Shown: positions 15,668 through 24,047 of the stretch, in pieces | Numbering within the stretch: position 1 is the stretch's first letter | Layout: each line of letters starts with the position of its first letter | Origin: a virus | Lineage: Duplodnaviria > Caudoviricetes | Strand: one strand, 5' to 3' | Length of the DNA stretch: 24,047 bases | IMG/VR virus record: IMGVR_UViG_3300007538_000182 | Location: 1-24,047 of that record | Notes under the pieces: generated by a model | Seen by the model: the letters and a program-made list of their open reading frames with translations, nothing else | Database searches by the model: none | What the model was told of the DNA's origin: nothing | Translations under genes and position numbers: made by a program

Positions 15668-17191
15668 ATGATGATGATGAAGTGGAAGAACCCAGGGATT
15701 ACCTACTTCGGTGGTGGTGGTGGAGGGGGTGGTACGCCAAGTACTCCTGCTGCTCCTACTACCTATACGTCTGACTTGGAGTCTCTGGCTGGTCAAACCT
15801 TTAACACACCAGAAGAACTTCAAGCTGCTGAAACCACCCAAGGAACTATCTCTGATGTACAGACTCAGGTAGAAGGGGTAGCTGCAGACCCCCAGGGTAC
15901 CTTTAGCACAGCCCAAGGTAATGTAACAAATATCCAGTCTCAGCTTGCTGCTCTTAACCAGCAACTTGCAGACAACCCTGAGCTTCAGACTCAGATTGAT
16001 ACTCTTACTCAACAACTAGGCACAGAGCAAGCTAACCTTACTCAGGCTCAGACACTCCTGAATCAACAACAGGCTTCTACACAACAAGGGCTTATGCAGG
16101 CTGCTGTCTCTGATCCTTCCTCTATTATCCAACAAGCAGAAGTAGCTACTACTCCTGTATCTCCTGACCAAATGGTAGCAGAAGGTACTGGTCAAGTAGG
16201 TGCTGCTCAAACTGCTGAAGTATCTACTGCTGGTCAAGCAGAGACTATGGTTACTCCTGCTCGTCAGGAAGCTAGTACCTTCGATGCCACTACGGTTGGT
16301 GATGCTGCTGATGTCATCACAGAGGACCTTCAGGCTGCTGTAGGAGCCCCCTCAGAGAAGGCTACGGTACGTGGGCAGTTAGCCCTACTGATGGAAGACT
16401 TCGAAGGTGGAGAGACTCCTCCGTGGGCCTCAGGGCCTATGCGCCAGGCTATGGGTCTTATGCAGGCTCGTGGTATGGGTGCTTCCAGTATTGCTGGGGC
16501 TGCTGTAGTACAGGCTGCTATGGAGTCTGCTATCAGTATTGCCTCTCAGGATGCTGCTACCACTGCTCAGTTTGAGATGCAGAATCTTAACAACGAACAA
16601 CAGACTACGATCTTTAAAACTCAACAGAGACTTGCTGGTTTGTTCTCTGATCAAGCTGCTGAGAATGCTTCCAAGCAATTCAATGCTTCTAGTAAGAACC
16701 AAACAGATCAGTTCTTCTCTAACCTAGAGGCTAGTGCTTCTCAGTTCAATGTTGCTCAGATTAATGCTATCCGTCAGTTTAATGCTGGGGAAGAAAATGC
16801 TATGGGGCAATTCAATGCAACTCTCCGTACACAGAGAGACCAGTTCAATGCTCAGAACTCTCTTATCATTGCTCAGAGTAATGCTCAGTGGAGGCAGAGT
16901 GTTGCTACTGCAGATACTGCTGCTCGGAACATGGCTAACATGGAGTATGTAAGGAACTCTAACGCTATCACAGGGGCGGCTCTAGAGCAACTCTGGCAAC
17001 GTGAACGAGACCTTATGGACTATGCCTTTACTTCTTCTGAGAGTGCTATGGACAGAGCTAACTCGATCATTCTACAAAGACTTGGTATTGAGGGTACAGC
17101 AGATGCGATGCGTATGCAACAAGACGCTGCTAACGATGCTGCTCCAGGTGCCTTTATGGCTAACCTTACAACTCAACTTTTGGGATTCTAA
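15668..17191 (+). CDS. Internal virion / ejection (DNA-pilot-like) protein with Gly8 tract and 11-residue repeats
   Basis: MMMMKWKNPGITYF-G8 N-terminus; Q/A/T-rich; ARGMGASSIAG motif; QFN repeats every 11 aa (16676-16906). Confidence 0.75.
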   Translation: MMMMKWKNPGITYFGGGGGGGGTPSTPAAPTTYTSDLESLAGQTFNTPEELQAAETTQGTISDVQTQVEGVAADPQGTFSTAQGNVTNIQSQLAALNQQLADNPELQTQIDTLTQQLGTEQANLTQAQTLLNQQQASTQQGLMQAAVSDPSSIIQQAEVATTPVSPDQMVAEGTGQVGAAQTAEVSTAGQAETMVTPARQEASTFDATTVGDAADVITEDLQAAVGAPSEKATVRGQLALLMEDFEGGETPPWASGPMRQAMGLMQARGMGASSIAGAAVVQAAMESAISIASQDAATTAQFEMQNLNNEQQTTIFKTQQRLAGLFSDQAAENASKQFNASSKNQTDQFFSNLEASASQFNVAQINAIRQFNAGEENAMGQFNATLRTQRDQFNAQNSLIIAQSNAQWRQSVATADTAARNMANMEYVRNSNAITGAALEQLWQRERDLMDYAFTSSESAMDRANSIILQRLGIEGTADAMRMQQDAANDAAPGAFMANLTTQLLGF

Positions 17192-17193
17192 GA

Positions 17194-17988
17194 ATGTTAA
17201 AAGACACTATTCAACAATTCAGAATGATGAGAAGCCAATCTCGTGATCGTCTTGGTACTCAACAGAAGACTAAACAACGCCTTAGTCTAGCTGAGAGACG
17301 TATCGCTGAGACTTCTTATGAGATGAAAGCTGCAGCTAGAGGTGTTGCTCAGGCTGCGGAAGAAGCACCTTATGATCCTGCCGAGAGTATCAACTCCTGG
17401 TATGATCAGATTGATGAAATGCGTAGGGAACGTGCTACCCGTGCTGACCAAGAGCGTTCTACCTCCGGTACTCTAGGACAAGAACAAAGACCTGAGCGTA
17501 GGTATGAACAAGAGTTCAGGGGTGAAGTTTCTGTTCCAGAAGACCTTAAGGAAGACCCTGAGTTTACCTCTGCTGTATCTGAACTAGCTTCTAAGTACGG
17601 GATCAACGAGTCAGAAGTATACGCAGTAATTCAAGGTGAGTCTGCCTTTAATCCTCAGGCTCGTAACCCTAGCGGAGCCACAGGTTTGTTCCAATTCATG
17701 CCTACTACTGCTGAAGAACTTGGTGTCTCTACAGAAGATATTATGTCTATGTCACCTACTGAGCAGGTTGAACTCTACGATAAGTATCTTCAACGGTGGA
17801 ACTACTCAGGGGGTAACCGTCTAGGGATTATGCAGGCTGCCCCTGCGTTCGCATCTAAAGCCCCTGAAGAAGTTATCTATGCCAAGGGTACCGCAGCTTG
17901 GGACCAGAACCCAGGGTGGCGAGAACTAGGTGATGGACCAATTACTGTTAGAAGTATCAATAGCTATTACGCTAAGAGAGGATCATAA
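17194..17988 (+). CDS. Virion-associated lytic transglycosylase (SLT domain) protein
   Basis: AVIQGESAFNPQARNPSGATGLFQFMPTTA contains the catalytic Glu-Ser and GLxQ motifs of SLT/goose-type lysozyme domains. Sits in the ejection-protein cluster. Confidence 0.88.
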   Translation: MLKDTIQQFRMMRSQSRDRLGTQQKTKQRLSLAERRIAETSYEMKAAARGVAQAAEEAPYDPAESINSWYDQIDEMRRERATRADQERSTSGTLGQEQRPERRYEQEFRGEVSVPEDLKEDPEFTSAVSELASKYGINESEVYAVIQGESAFNPQARNPSGATGLFQFMPTTAEELGVSTEDIMSMSPTEQVELYDKYLQRWNYSGGNRLGIMQAAPAFASKAPEEVIYAKGTAAWDQNPGWRELGDGPITVRSINSYYAKRGS

Positions 17989-18488
17989 TGAAATTTAATG
18001 GACCGATCCCAGGGCAATCCCTTACGTCTACCCCAAAGAACTATCCTTGGGAAAGGCCACCAGAGACTACTGATCCTGATGAAGCTATCACACATCACTT
18101 GACTAGACTTTCTCAACCAAAGATGTTGGACACTATCCTCGATGGTATCTCAGTAGGGATGCCTGTTAGTCTTATTACAGACATGATGTTGACTGGTGCT
18201 GTAGCTAAAGGTATTCACTCTATTGACATCTCTCTGATGGCGGCTCCTGTTATCCACGAGTACATTGTAAACCTTTTAGAAGAAGAAGGTATTGAGTTCA
18301 AGGAGTTTTTCTCTGAGGATAACGATGATGATACTCGGAAGAACCTTGCTGTGTCTCAGGCTATTCGTGGTCTCAAGGAGACTGGTATCTCTAAGGAACC
18401 TGAAGAAGAACTCTCTGAGGAAATTGAACCAATGGAAGAAGAAGAACAACCTAGACGTGGACTTATGTCTCGGGAGGTAACTGAATGA
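17988..18488 (+). CDS. Phage virion-cluster protein
   Basis: PIPGQSLT..PKNYPWERPP N-terminus and an acidic tail ending RRGLMSR. Coupled to neighbouring genes on both sides. Confidence 0.75.
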   Translation: MKFNGPIPGQSLTSTPKNYPWERPPETTDPDEAITHHLTRLSQPKMLDTILDGISVGMPVSLITDMMLTGAVAKGIHSIDISLMAAPVIHEYIVNLLEEEGIEFKEFFSEDNDDDTRKNLAVSQAIRGLKETGISKEPEEELSEEIEPMEEEEQPRRGLMSREVTE

Positions 18489-19909
18489 GTTTTGCTGCTG
18501 GATTCTTTGGAACACTCTCTAAGAACATTGAGAGTAAACGAGACTTTATTCGTAACAAGGTAGAAGAAGATCGCCTGTATCTCCGTGAGCAGGGTCTTCA
18601 CCGTATGGCACGGGTACAAGAACAACGTGGTACCTATGAGACTGCTGCTCGTGGTCTTATTCGTCGTGGTGTGGATGAACAGTCTGTGCTTACTGCTATG
18701 GAGTCTGACCCTCAGGGTATCCTAGAGGTTTACCGTGAGGCAACTAGTGACAGGACTATAACAAAAGAAGCTCTAAACGCTGTCTTCAATATTGGCAATG
18801 AGTATCGTACTGATGCTACACTGTCTCAGGTCCTGGAGAAGATTCTTCCTACAGTAACCCAGCTTCCTGCTGATGCTGACCCTACTACTGTGCGTCGTAA
18901 GAGTCTTGCCTCTTGGCTTAACCTTGACACTGAGGAAGAAATCAGTGAGCAGGTGTACAATGCTCAGGTTGTTGGAGGTATGACTGGCGACCAGATTCTA
19001 GCCTCTATGAACATCCCTGTGACTGCTAGGGGTGAGGCTCGTGATGATGTCTCCTTTAACTTTGAGGCTATGACACCTACTCGTGAGCTGTCTCAGGGTG
19101 AGGTGACTGACTGGTTTACTCGTTCACTTGAAGAGTACGAACCTATGGTTCTTCAACGTGAAGCAGAGATTAAACAGCAGTTGGTTGGTATAGAACGTGA
19201 TGACACTATGACAACTGAACAGAAGAATGCTATCAGAGAGGAGCTAAGAGTTGGCAAAGAAGCTCTTGATAACCTACCTACTGTTAAGCAAGAACGGCTT
19301 GAAGCCTTGATTGGTTTGATGGGTGTGCTTCCTAATACCCAGACTTACTTCGATATGTATCCTGAGCTGTTCTCCACTAAGTACGGTTTTAATACTACAA
19401 CTACAGAGTTGTTTACCCCTCGTACTGAAACAGGTGGCATTATAACCACTGACCTACCCCCTGCACCAAGCTTGGTTGAAAGACCTACACCAGAGGTAAC
19501 TCCAGAGGTTGAAACCCCCACCTCCATTGAAGCCAGTTCACCTGAAGACGCAGCGGGTAAGGTAGAAGAGTTCTTTACTAACAACCCTAATAGACCTTAC
19601 ACTGAAGTTACTATGAATGGTCAGACCGAGATTGTAGAGAACAAAGATTACTTTGAGAATATGTTTATGTCTGAAGAACCTAATATGCTTGGTGCTATCG
19701 AGGAAGTAATCTCTGGTCCTTCTGAGAGTCTTCCTGAGCAACCAGTTGAACTAAGACAAGCCCTGTCTGACATTGTTTTTGCTGAGGGTGATGAAGCTAA
19801 GAGAGCTGCAGCTATTGAAAAAGCTATCGAGATGGTTGCAGGTATGGGTTCCTTTGAGGGTAAAGATAAACTTGTTGTATCTCTTATTAAACTAAGAGGA
19901 GGTTTCTGA
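18485..19909 (+). CDS. Putative internal virion (ejection) protein
   Basis: ATGA overlap. MSFAAGFFG N-terminus followed by charged helical segments. Position within the ejection cluster. Confidence 0.65.
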   Translation: MSFAAGFFGTLSKNIESKRDFIRNKVEEDRLYLREQGLHRMARVQEQRGTYETAARGLIRRGVDEQSVLTAMESDPQGILEVYREATSDRTITKEALNAVFNIGNEYRTDATLSQVLEKILPTVTQLPADADPTTVRRKSLASWLNLDTEEEISEQVYNAQVVGGMTGDQILASMNIPVTARGEARDDVSFNFEAMTPTRELSQGEVTDWFTRSLEEYEPMVLQREAEIKQQLVGIERDDTMTTEQKNAIREELRVGKEALDNLPTVKQERLEALIGLMGVLPNTQTYFDMYPELFSTKYGFNTTTTELFTPRTETGGIITTDLPPAPSLVERPTPEVTPEVETPTSIEASSPEDAAGKVEEFFTNNPNRPYTEVTMNGQTEIVENKDYFENMFMSEEPNMLGAIEEVISGPSESLPEQPVELRQALSDIVFAEGDEAKRAAAIEKAIEMVAGMGSFEGKDKLVVSLIKLRGGF

Positions 19910-19911
19910 AG

Positions 19912-22900
19912 TTGAGCAAATACTTAAATAGTGTGAACAAAGCTTTTGGTCTTCAAGAGGGTGTGTCTAGCCTTTTGAACGATGAGTTCTTCCCATCAGT
20001 CTCTAGATACATGAGGGATCGTCATGGTATGACAGAGGAAGACAACACTCGGGAAGAAATCCGGGATGCCTTTGTTAACTCTATGCGTTCCTTCAATGCT
20101 GGTAACTCCATTACCGCAACACAAGAGATGAACTACTTGTACCGTGGTGAAGGTGCAGAACTTACTGAGCGTAGAGAGACTGCTGCCAGTGCCTATGACC
20201 TTTGGGATTCCCTCAAGGGTTCCTTTGATGGTACTACTGTTGGGGAGAAAGCTGATGCTGTGGGAGACTACGCTAAAGCTCTCATCCTAGACCCTGTGAA
20301 CGTTGTATCCTTTGGTTTCGGTAAACTTGCTGGGGTTGGGGCAACTAAGGCTGCTACACAAGCACTTAAGGTTCTTGCTCGTGAGGCTGCAACTACTGCT
20401 GCTACTGCAGCTACGCGCCGTGGGGTAACAGGTGCCGCCCTCCAGCAAGTACGCAGAGAGGCTGCTCAAGGAGTTATGTCTCGTGGTATGCGTGAGGCTT
20501 CTTACCAGACCGCTCTTAAGAAGGGTGGGGTAAGGGACATTGTAGTTAGCGGTCTCACCGATGTAGCTGCTGGGGTTCTGGTTGATGCTGGGTCTCAACA
20601 GGCTAATATCCTGACAGGTAGGCAAGAGGAGTACGACCCTGTTCGTGGTGCTATTGTAGGTATTGTGGGTGGTGTCGTTGTGGGTGGTATCGCAGGTGCT
20701 TCTGTAGCCCTCCGTGGTTCTACTAACCTTGAGAACACATCTACAGCTATTGCTAGAGACAGGGAGACTATAGCTCAAGCTCTGGCTCGGTACACTAATG
20801 AAGAAACAGGTGCTAGTGCTGCTGCAAGAGAAGTAGACCCTCTTAGAGCCTCTCAGAAGCTAGGGGAGTGGCTTACTCCATTCCAGGAGTACGTAGAACA
20901 AGGTAGGTTTCTGCGGGAAGCCGATGATCCCGCTTGGGAACTCTACGAGGAAACCCTGAATCAAGCTTTTGTTCAGGGTGTGAAAGATATTCTAGATGCT
21001 AGTGGCATCCCTATTGAAAGGTTGAACCCAGCTTTAGGGCAAAGGCGTAGTGGTTGGTTAGTTAATGTTGTTACCGACCCTAGCTTTCCGAATAAAACCT
21101 TTGATGAACTTCAAGACTTTCTAGATGATACTGTTGGTAAACTTCAAGGTCGGTCTGTACCTATTGAAGACTACCTACTCATTAACGCTGAGAGAGCTAG
21201 TGAAGCTGGTAGAACACTACGTGCCCAACGTATGACTGCAGATGCTGCTAGACTTCTAGGGCGTAGACCTGGAGATATTACTGGTCGTGAAGCTCTGGAC
21301 AGTGCCTTGGGTGATGTCCCTGGTCCTCGTGGTAAAATTGCTGATTGGATTTCCAGTGGGCAGAATACTTTTATTCGTATGCTCGTCACACACCCTGGGA
21401 CCACTGCTCTGAACTTAACGGGGTGGGCGCAGGCCACGAGTACCCAAACATACTCAGACCTCCTCAGAGGGGCTCTCTACGGGGGCACAGCGGCTATCAC
21501 AGGGTTGGTAGGCCAAGGTGCTACCTCAGCTAAGTACGCAAAGATGGCTAGGAGCATGGTCGCTCTGCAAGGACAGAAGATTAGAAACCTAGCTGACCCT
21601 CTTGGTACTCGTGATGAAGTCTTGGACTACCTTACGTATAGACCAGAAGCACAAGATACTCTCTTTAGGTATCTTGCTGGTGGTGTTGAAGCGGAAGATG
21701 TTATGAAGGAGTTGAATCTACTCCCTGGGGAAACTATTTCTAAGACTGGATTCCAGAAAGCCTTCGATGGTCTTCAGGTAGCTTATGGTGTATCCGCTCA
21801 GGATATGTTGACGAAGACTCAAGAGTTTGCTTACGCTATCGACAAACAGATTAGACTTAAGTACGGTATGTCTTTTAATGACTTCATGAAACAAGAGAAC
21901 ATCTCGGACATCTTGACTAACCCTAAGACTACTTCCTTTAAGGACTATGCTCTTATCGAAGGTAGAGCTGTGGAGGATGCTCTCGGAAATGTTTTTGCCA
22001 AGAAGTATGGTCCTCGTCCAGGAGACAGAGCAGGACCCCTGAAGTTTGTTGCTGGTGTTATCGAAGAAGCTAGGAACATTCCTATCATTGGCGCTATGGT
22101 TCCCTTTGGGCAGTTCTTCAACAACACTCTAGGGTTTATGTTTGACCATACATTTATCAGTCTTATCCATAAGATTGCTACTGGTTCTGCTCGTGATCCT
22201 CTTGACCTTGTAACCAAGTCTGCTGTGGGCTGGGGCCTTATTGGTTGGGCTGCATCTAAGGAGATGTCTAACCTTGAGGAAGGTCTTGCTTGGCATGAAG
22301 AACGTAATGACAAGGGTGCTGTAGTAACACGGCTCTATGATTACCCTCTGTCCTTCTGGAAGATGGTTGGACGTATTGCTGCTCATGCTCGTAGAGACCA
22401 AGAAGTTCCGGTAGACCTAATGGTTGAGTTTGGGAAAACCTTTGGTATTGAATCAGTTTCTAGACAACTAGGAGATGCTGCGGGTTACGTAGTAAACGGT
22501 ATCACAATGTTAGGAGCTGGGGAAACAGAACAAGCTCGTAAGTCTGCTATAGATGCAGTAAAAGCTTCATTAGCGATGTATGTCTCAGGGTTTACCCGCT
22601 TTGTAGACCCTATCAACACTGCCTTGGCATTTGCTGAGGGAGACAACTACATTGAACCTACTCGTAATATTGGTAACAAGAGTCTGAACAACGCTATTAG
22701 GTATACTGATCAAGTCATTGATGCCCTTATTGGTCTTGAGAACTTGCCCGGAGATACTTCTGGTTACCGTATTGAACAGGAAAATGCTGTAACAGATAGG
22801 GATATGGGGGTTAACCCTGCACGTGTCTTTGGTATCCGTGAGGTATCACCTGCGTCTTCTACCCAGAAGTTGTTCAACCAGATTGGTAGACCACAGTGGG

Positions 22901-23319
22901 ATACAGAATTACAAGTAAACGAACCAGAGGCTCAGAACATCTTTAACGAGTATATCTTTCCGTACATGGAGTACCAAGCAGATCAACTTATTGAGAGTGG
23001 TAGATGGGATACTCTGTCACCCAGCGCCAAGAAGCAAGCTCTTGCAGGTCTGATAGAGATGGCTAGGATTGACGTGAAGGAAATCCTTAGGAACACTACC
23101 CCTGGATCAGACACCAAGAAGGCTAGTCTTATCTATGACATCAACAATATGAGTAGCCGTGGGTCTAGAGTCTTTAGGGAGACCCTGAGACAGTTTGGTG
23201 TATCTCAGAGGGACCTTCCAGACCTTGACCAACCACAGTTGGAGTTGTTGCTCTGGTTTGTTAAAGAAAGGTTTGAGAGTAACAAAGACCTGATAGATGA
23301 AGTTCTAGGTAGGAACTAG
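19912..23319 (+). CDS. Large internal virion (ejection) protein
   Basis: 1135 aa, TTG start with SD GAGGAGG (19896-19902). Ala/Gly-rich and hydrophobic stretches (GAIVGIVGGVVVGGIAGASVAL). Last gene of the structural block. Confidence 0.75.
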   Translation: MSKYLNSVNKAFGLQEGVSSLLNDEFFPSVSRYMRDRHGMTEEDNTREEIRDAFVNSMRSFNAGNSITATQEMNYLYRGEGAELTERRETAASAYDLWDSLKGSFDGTTVGEKADAVGDYAKALILDPVNVVSFGFGKLAGVGATKAATQALKVLAREAATTAATAATRRGVTGAALQQVRREAAQGVMSRGMREASYQTALKKGGVRDIVVSGLTDVAAGVLVDAGSQQANILTGRQEEYDPVRGAIVGIVGGVVVGGIAGASVALRGSTNLENTSTAIARDRETIAQALARYTNEETGASAAAREVDPLRASQKLGEWLTPFQEYVEQGRFLREADDPAWELYEETLNQAFVQGVKDILDASGIPIERLNPALGQRRSGWLVNVVTDPSFPNKTFDELQDFLDDTVGKLQGRSVPIEDYLLINAERASEAGRTLRAQRMTADAARLLGRRPGDITGREALDSALGDVPGPRGKIADWISSGQNTFIRMLVTHPGTTALNLTGWAQATSTQTYSDLLRGALYGGTAAITGLVGQGATSAKYAKMARSMVALQGQKIRNLADPLGTRDEVLDYLTYRPEAQDTLFRYLAGGVEAEDVMKELNLLPGETISKTGFQKAFDGLQVAYGVSAQDMLTKTQEFAYAIDKQIRLKYGMSFNDFMKQENISDILTNPKTTSFKDYALIEGRAVEDALGNVFAKKYGPRPGDRAGPLKFVAGVIEEARNIPIIGAMVPFGQFFNNTLGFMFDHTFISLIHKIATGSARDPLDLVTKSAVGWGLIGWAASKEMSNLEEGLAWHEERNDKGAVVTRLYDYPLSFWKMVGRIAAHARRDQEVPVDLMVEFGKTFGIESVSRQLGDAAGYVVNGITMLGAGETEQARKSAIDAVKASLAMYVSGFTRFVDPINTALAFAEGDNYIEPTRNIGNKSLNNAIRYTDQVIDALIGLENLPGDTSGYRIEQENAVTDRDMGVNPARVFGIREVSPASSTQKLFNQIGRPQWDTELQVNEPEAQNIFNEYIFPYMEYQADQLIESGRWDTLSPSAKKQALAGLIEMARIDVKEILRNTTPGSDTKKASLIYDINNMSSRGSRVFRETLRQFGVSQRDLPDLDQPQLELLLWFVKERFESNKDLIDEVLGRN

Positions 23320-23321
23320 AC

Positions 23322-23365
23322 AAAAATAAAGGGGAGGAGCTTAGTGCTCTTCCCCTTAGTCTTTT
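23322..23365. terminator. Bidirectional rho-independent terminator
   Basis: Stem AAGGGGAGGAGC / GCTCTTCCCCTT (23329-23357) with an A-rich left flank and T-rich right flank, between convergent genes. Confidence 0.8.
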
Positions 23366-23367
23366 AC

Positions 23368-23580
23368 TTATTGTTTAAATAGTAACTTGATTCGATCTTC
23401 GTGGTTTTTAATCCTCTGTATAATATGAGGAACAAATAATTGGTGGTGCTCTGAAAGCAGATAGGCAAAGTAAAGTTTCTCCCCCTGTTTTTCTATCTCA
23501 ATTCTTTCAGCACCGTCCTTAAAGCTTTGGTTTATCTCCACACTATCCAGTAGTAAATCTTTTAAACTGTCGTAAAGCAT
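23368..23580 (-). CDS. Hypothetical protein, 70 aa (AT-rich)
   Basis: ATG preceded by AGGGG. Ends at the terminator. No recognisable motif. Confidence 0.55.
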   Translation of the reverse strand: MLYDSLKDLLLDSVEINQSFKDGAERIEIEKQGEKLYFAYLLSEHHQLFVPHIIQRIKNHEDRIKLLFKQ

Positions 23581-23585
23581 AGCGT

Positions 23586-23849
23586 CTACCCCTGTGTCAT
23601 GAAGTCACCCCAACGGTTGGCTTCTTTTTTTATGTCTTCCATTTGGTGATCTTTAATCTCACCTGAAGTTCTAGCCAGTAGACCACCAAGAGCTACCCCA
23701 ATGTAGTACTCTCTATTGGTTAGAGCCTTGGGTCTCCCCGGAGAGAGCTTCTTGGGCTTGGACTCTTTGGAGGTTTCTAAAATACGACTGGGTGTAACCT
23801 GATTCATAGCTACGTCTATCCTCGCTGCCTTGCTCGTAGAGGGAGCCAT
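23586..23849 (-). CDS. Hypothetical phage protein (start uncertain)
   Basis: C-terminal LTNREYYIGVALGGLLA...EA..WGDFM resembles the common small phage motif T.R.YFA..A..G.LA...A...AD.M. The 5' part overlaps the upstream gene. Confidence 0.6.
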   Translation of the reverse strand: MAPSTSKAARIDVAMNQVTPSRILETSKESKPKKLSPGRPKALTNREYYIGVALGGLLARTSGEIKDHQMEDIKKEANRWGDFMTQG

Positions 23850-23898
23850 CGTAACCCCCTTTGTTAAAGTGTTTGATCCCTAGTTGGAAAGGATTCAT
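23713..23898 (-). CDS. Hypothetical phage protein, 61 aa (start re-called at MNPFQLG)
   Basis: ATG at 23898 overlaps the upstream TGA (ATGA) and has SD GGAG. F..G...F..G....Y..GS..RR.YE.GY pattern. Confidence 0.65.
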   Translation of the reverse strand: MNPFQLGIKHFNKGGYDGSLYEQGSEDRRSYESGYTQSYFRNLQRVQAQEALSGETQGSNQ

Positions 23899-24047
23899 GT
23901 GTCTTTCTCCACTAGGATACACTTTGTTTCAACTAAGTAAGCTCCTTCGGGGAGGTTAAGGTCTTCTTCAAAGAGAGTATTAATGAAAGTACATTCTTCT
24001 TTAGAGACCATAACCTGTGGGGCTGCTAGACCAACACACCCTTCGAC
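23895..24047 (-). CDS. 3' part of a small Cys-containing hypothetical protein (partial)
   Basis: Hand translation of the reverse complement: VEGCVGLAAPQVMVSKEECTFINTLFEEDLNLPEGAYLVETKCILVEKDT*. Open to the window edge, with ATGA coupling to the next gene. Confidence 0.6.
   Translation of the reverse strand, partial: VEGCVGLAAPQVMVSKEECTFINTLFEEDLNLPEGAYLVETKCILVEKDT

Noticed and set aside
15248-17191. Bona fide RTX toxin operon
   Set aside because: No GGxGxDxL repeats and no HlyB/HlyD genes. The neighbours are virion genes.
55-22401. Many minus-strand and alternate-frame ORFs of 60-211 aa in the track (e.g. 55-258, 1812-2306, 9534-10127, 15380-16015, 20287-20778)
   Set aside because: They lie over well-supported + strand genes and lack recognisable motifs, so they are most simply shadow ORFs produced by codon bias.
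2484-23319. Genome-wide TAG recoding
   Set aside because: TAG ends terL, the scaffold and the 1135-aa gene at natural boundaries followed by an SD, promoter or terminator. Genes are not fragmented under the standard code.
23899-23922. Track start at 23922 for the 69-aa ORF
   Set aside because: It lies inside the upstream gene. ATG 23898 has an SD and an ATGA overlap.

Overview
Virion-morphogenesis region of a tailed, podovirus-like bacteriophage. From my recollection of the capsid and scaffold sequences and the gene order, it resembles HMO-2011-type phages of marine Alphaproteobacteria/Roseobacter (not database-checked). A long + strand gene block runs: 3' end of an upstream gene, small terminase, recombinase-type DNA-binding-domain protein, large terminase, portal, small protein, 1065-aa modular protein with a zincin (HExxH) domain, scaffold, major capsid, decoration protein, adaptor, nozzle, tail fibre plus chaperone (GC-rich, apparently swapped tip), HlyC-family acyltransferase, and five internal/ejection proteins including a lytic transglycosylase. 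It converges on a bidirectional terminator with four small - strand genes. No tRNA, rRNA, CRISPR array, IS or integrase is seen. Most notable: (1) an RTX-toxin-activating-type acyltransferase directly abutting an ejection protein that has a short leader, a Gly8 tract and 11-residue repeats, suggesting lipidation of the DNA-delivery conduit; (2) a recurring YAC/CC RNA internal-loop motif, four copies, in the leaders of the scaffold and capsid genes; (3) a polyprotein-like virion protein punctuated by five [FM]xxGG[LIM][VA] motifs.
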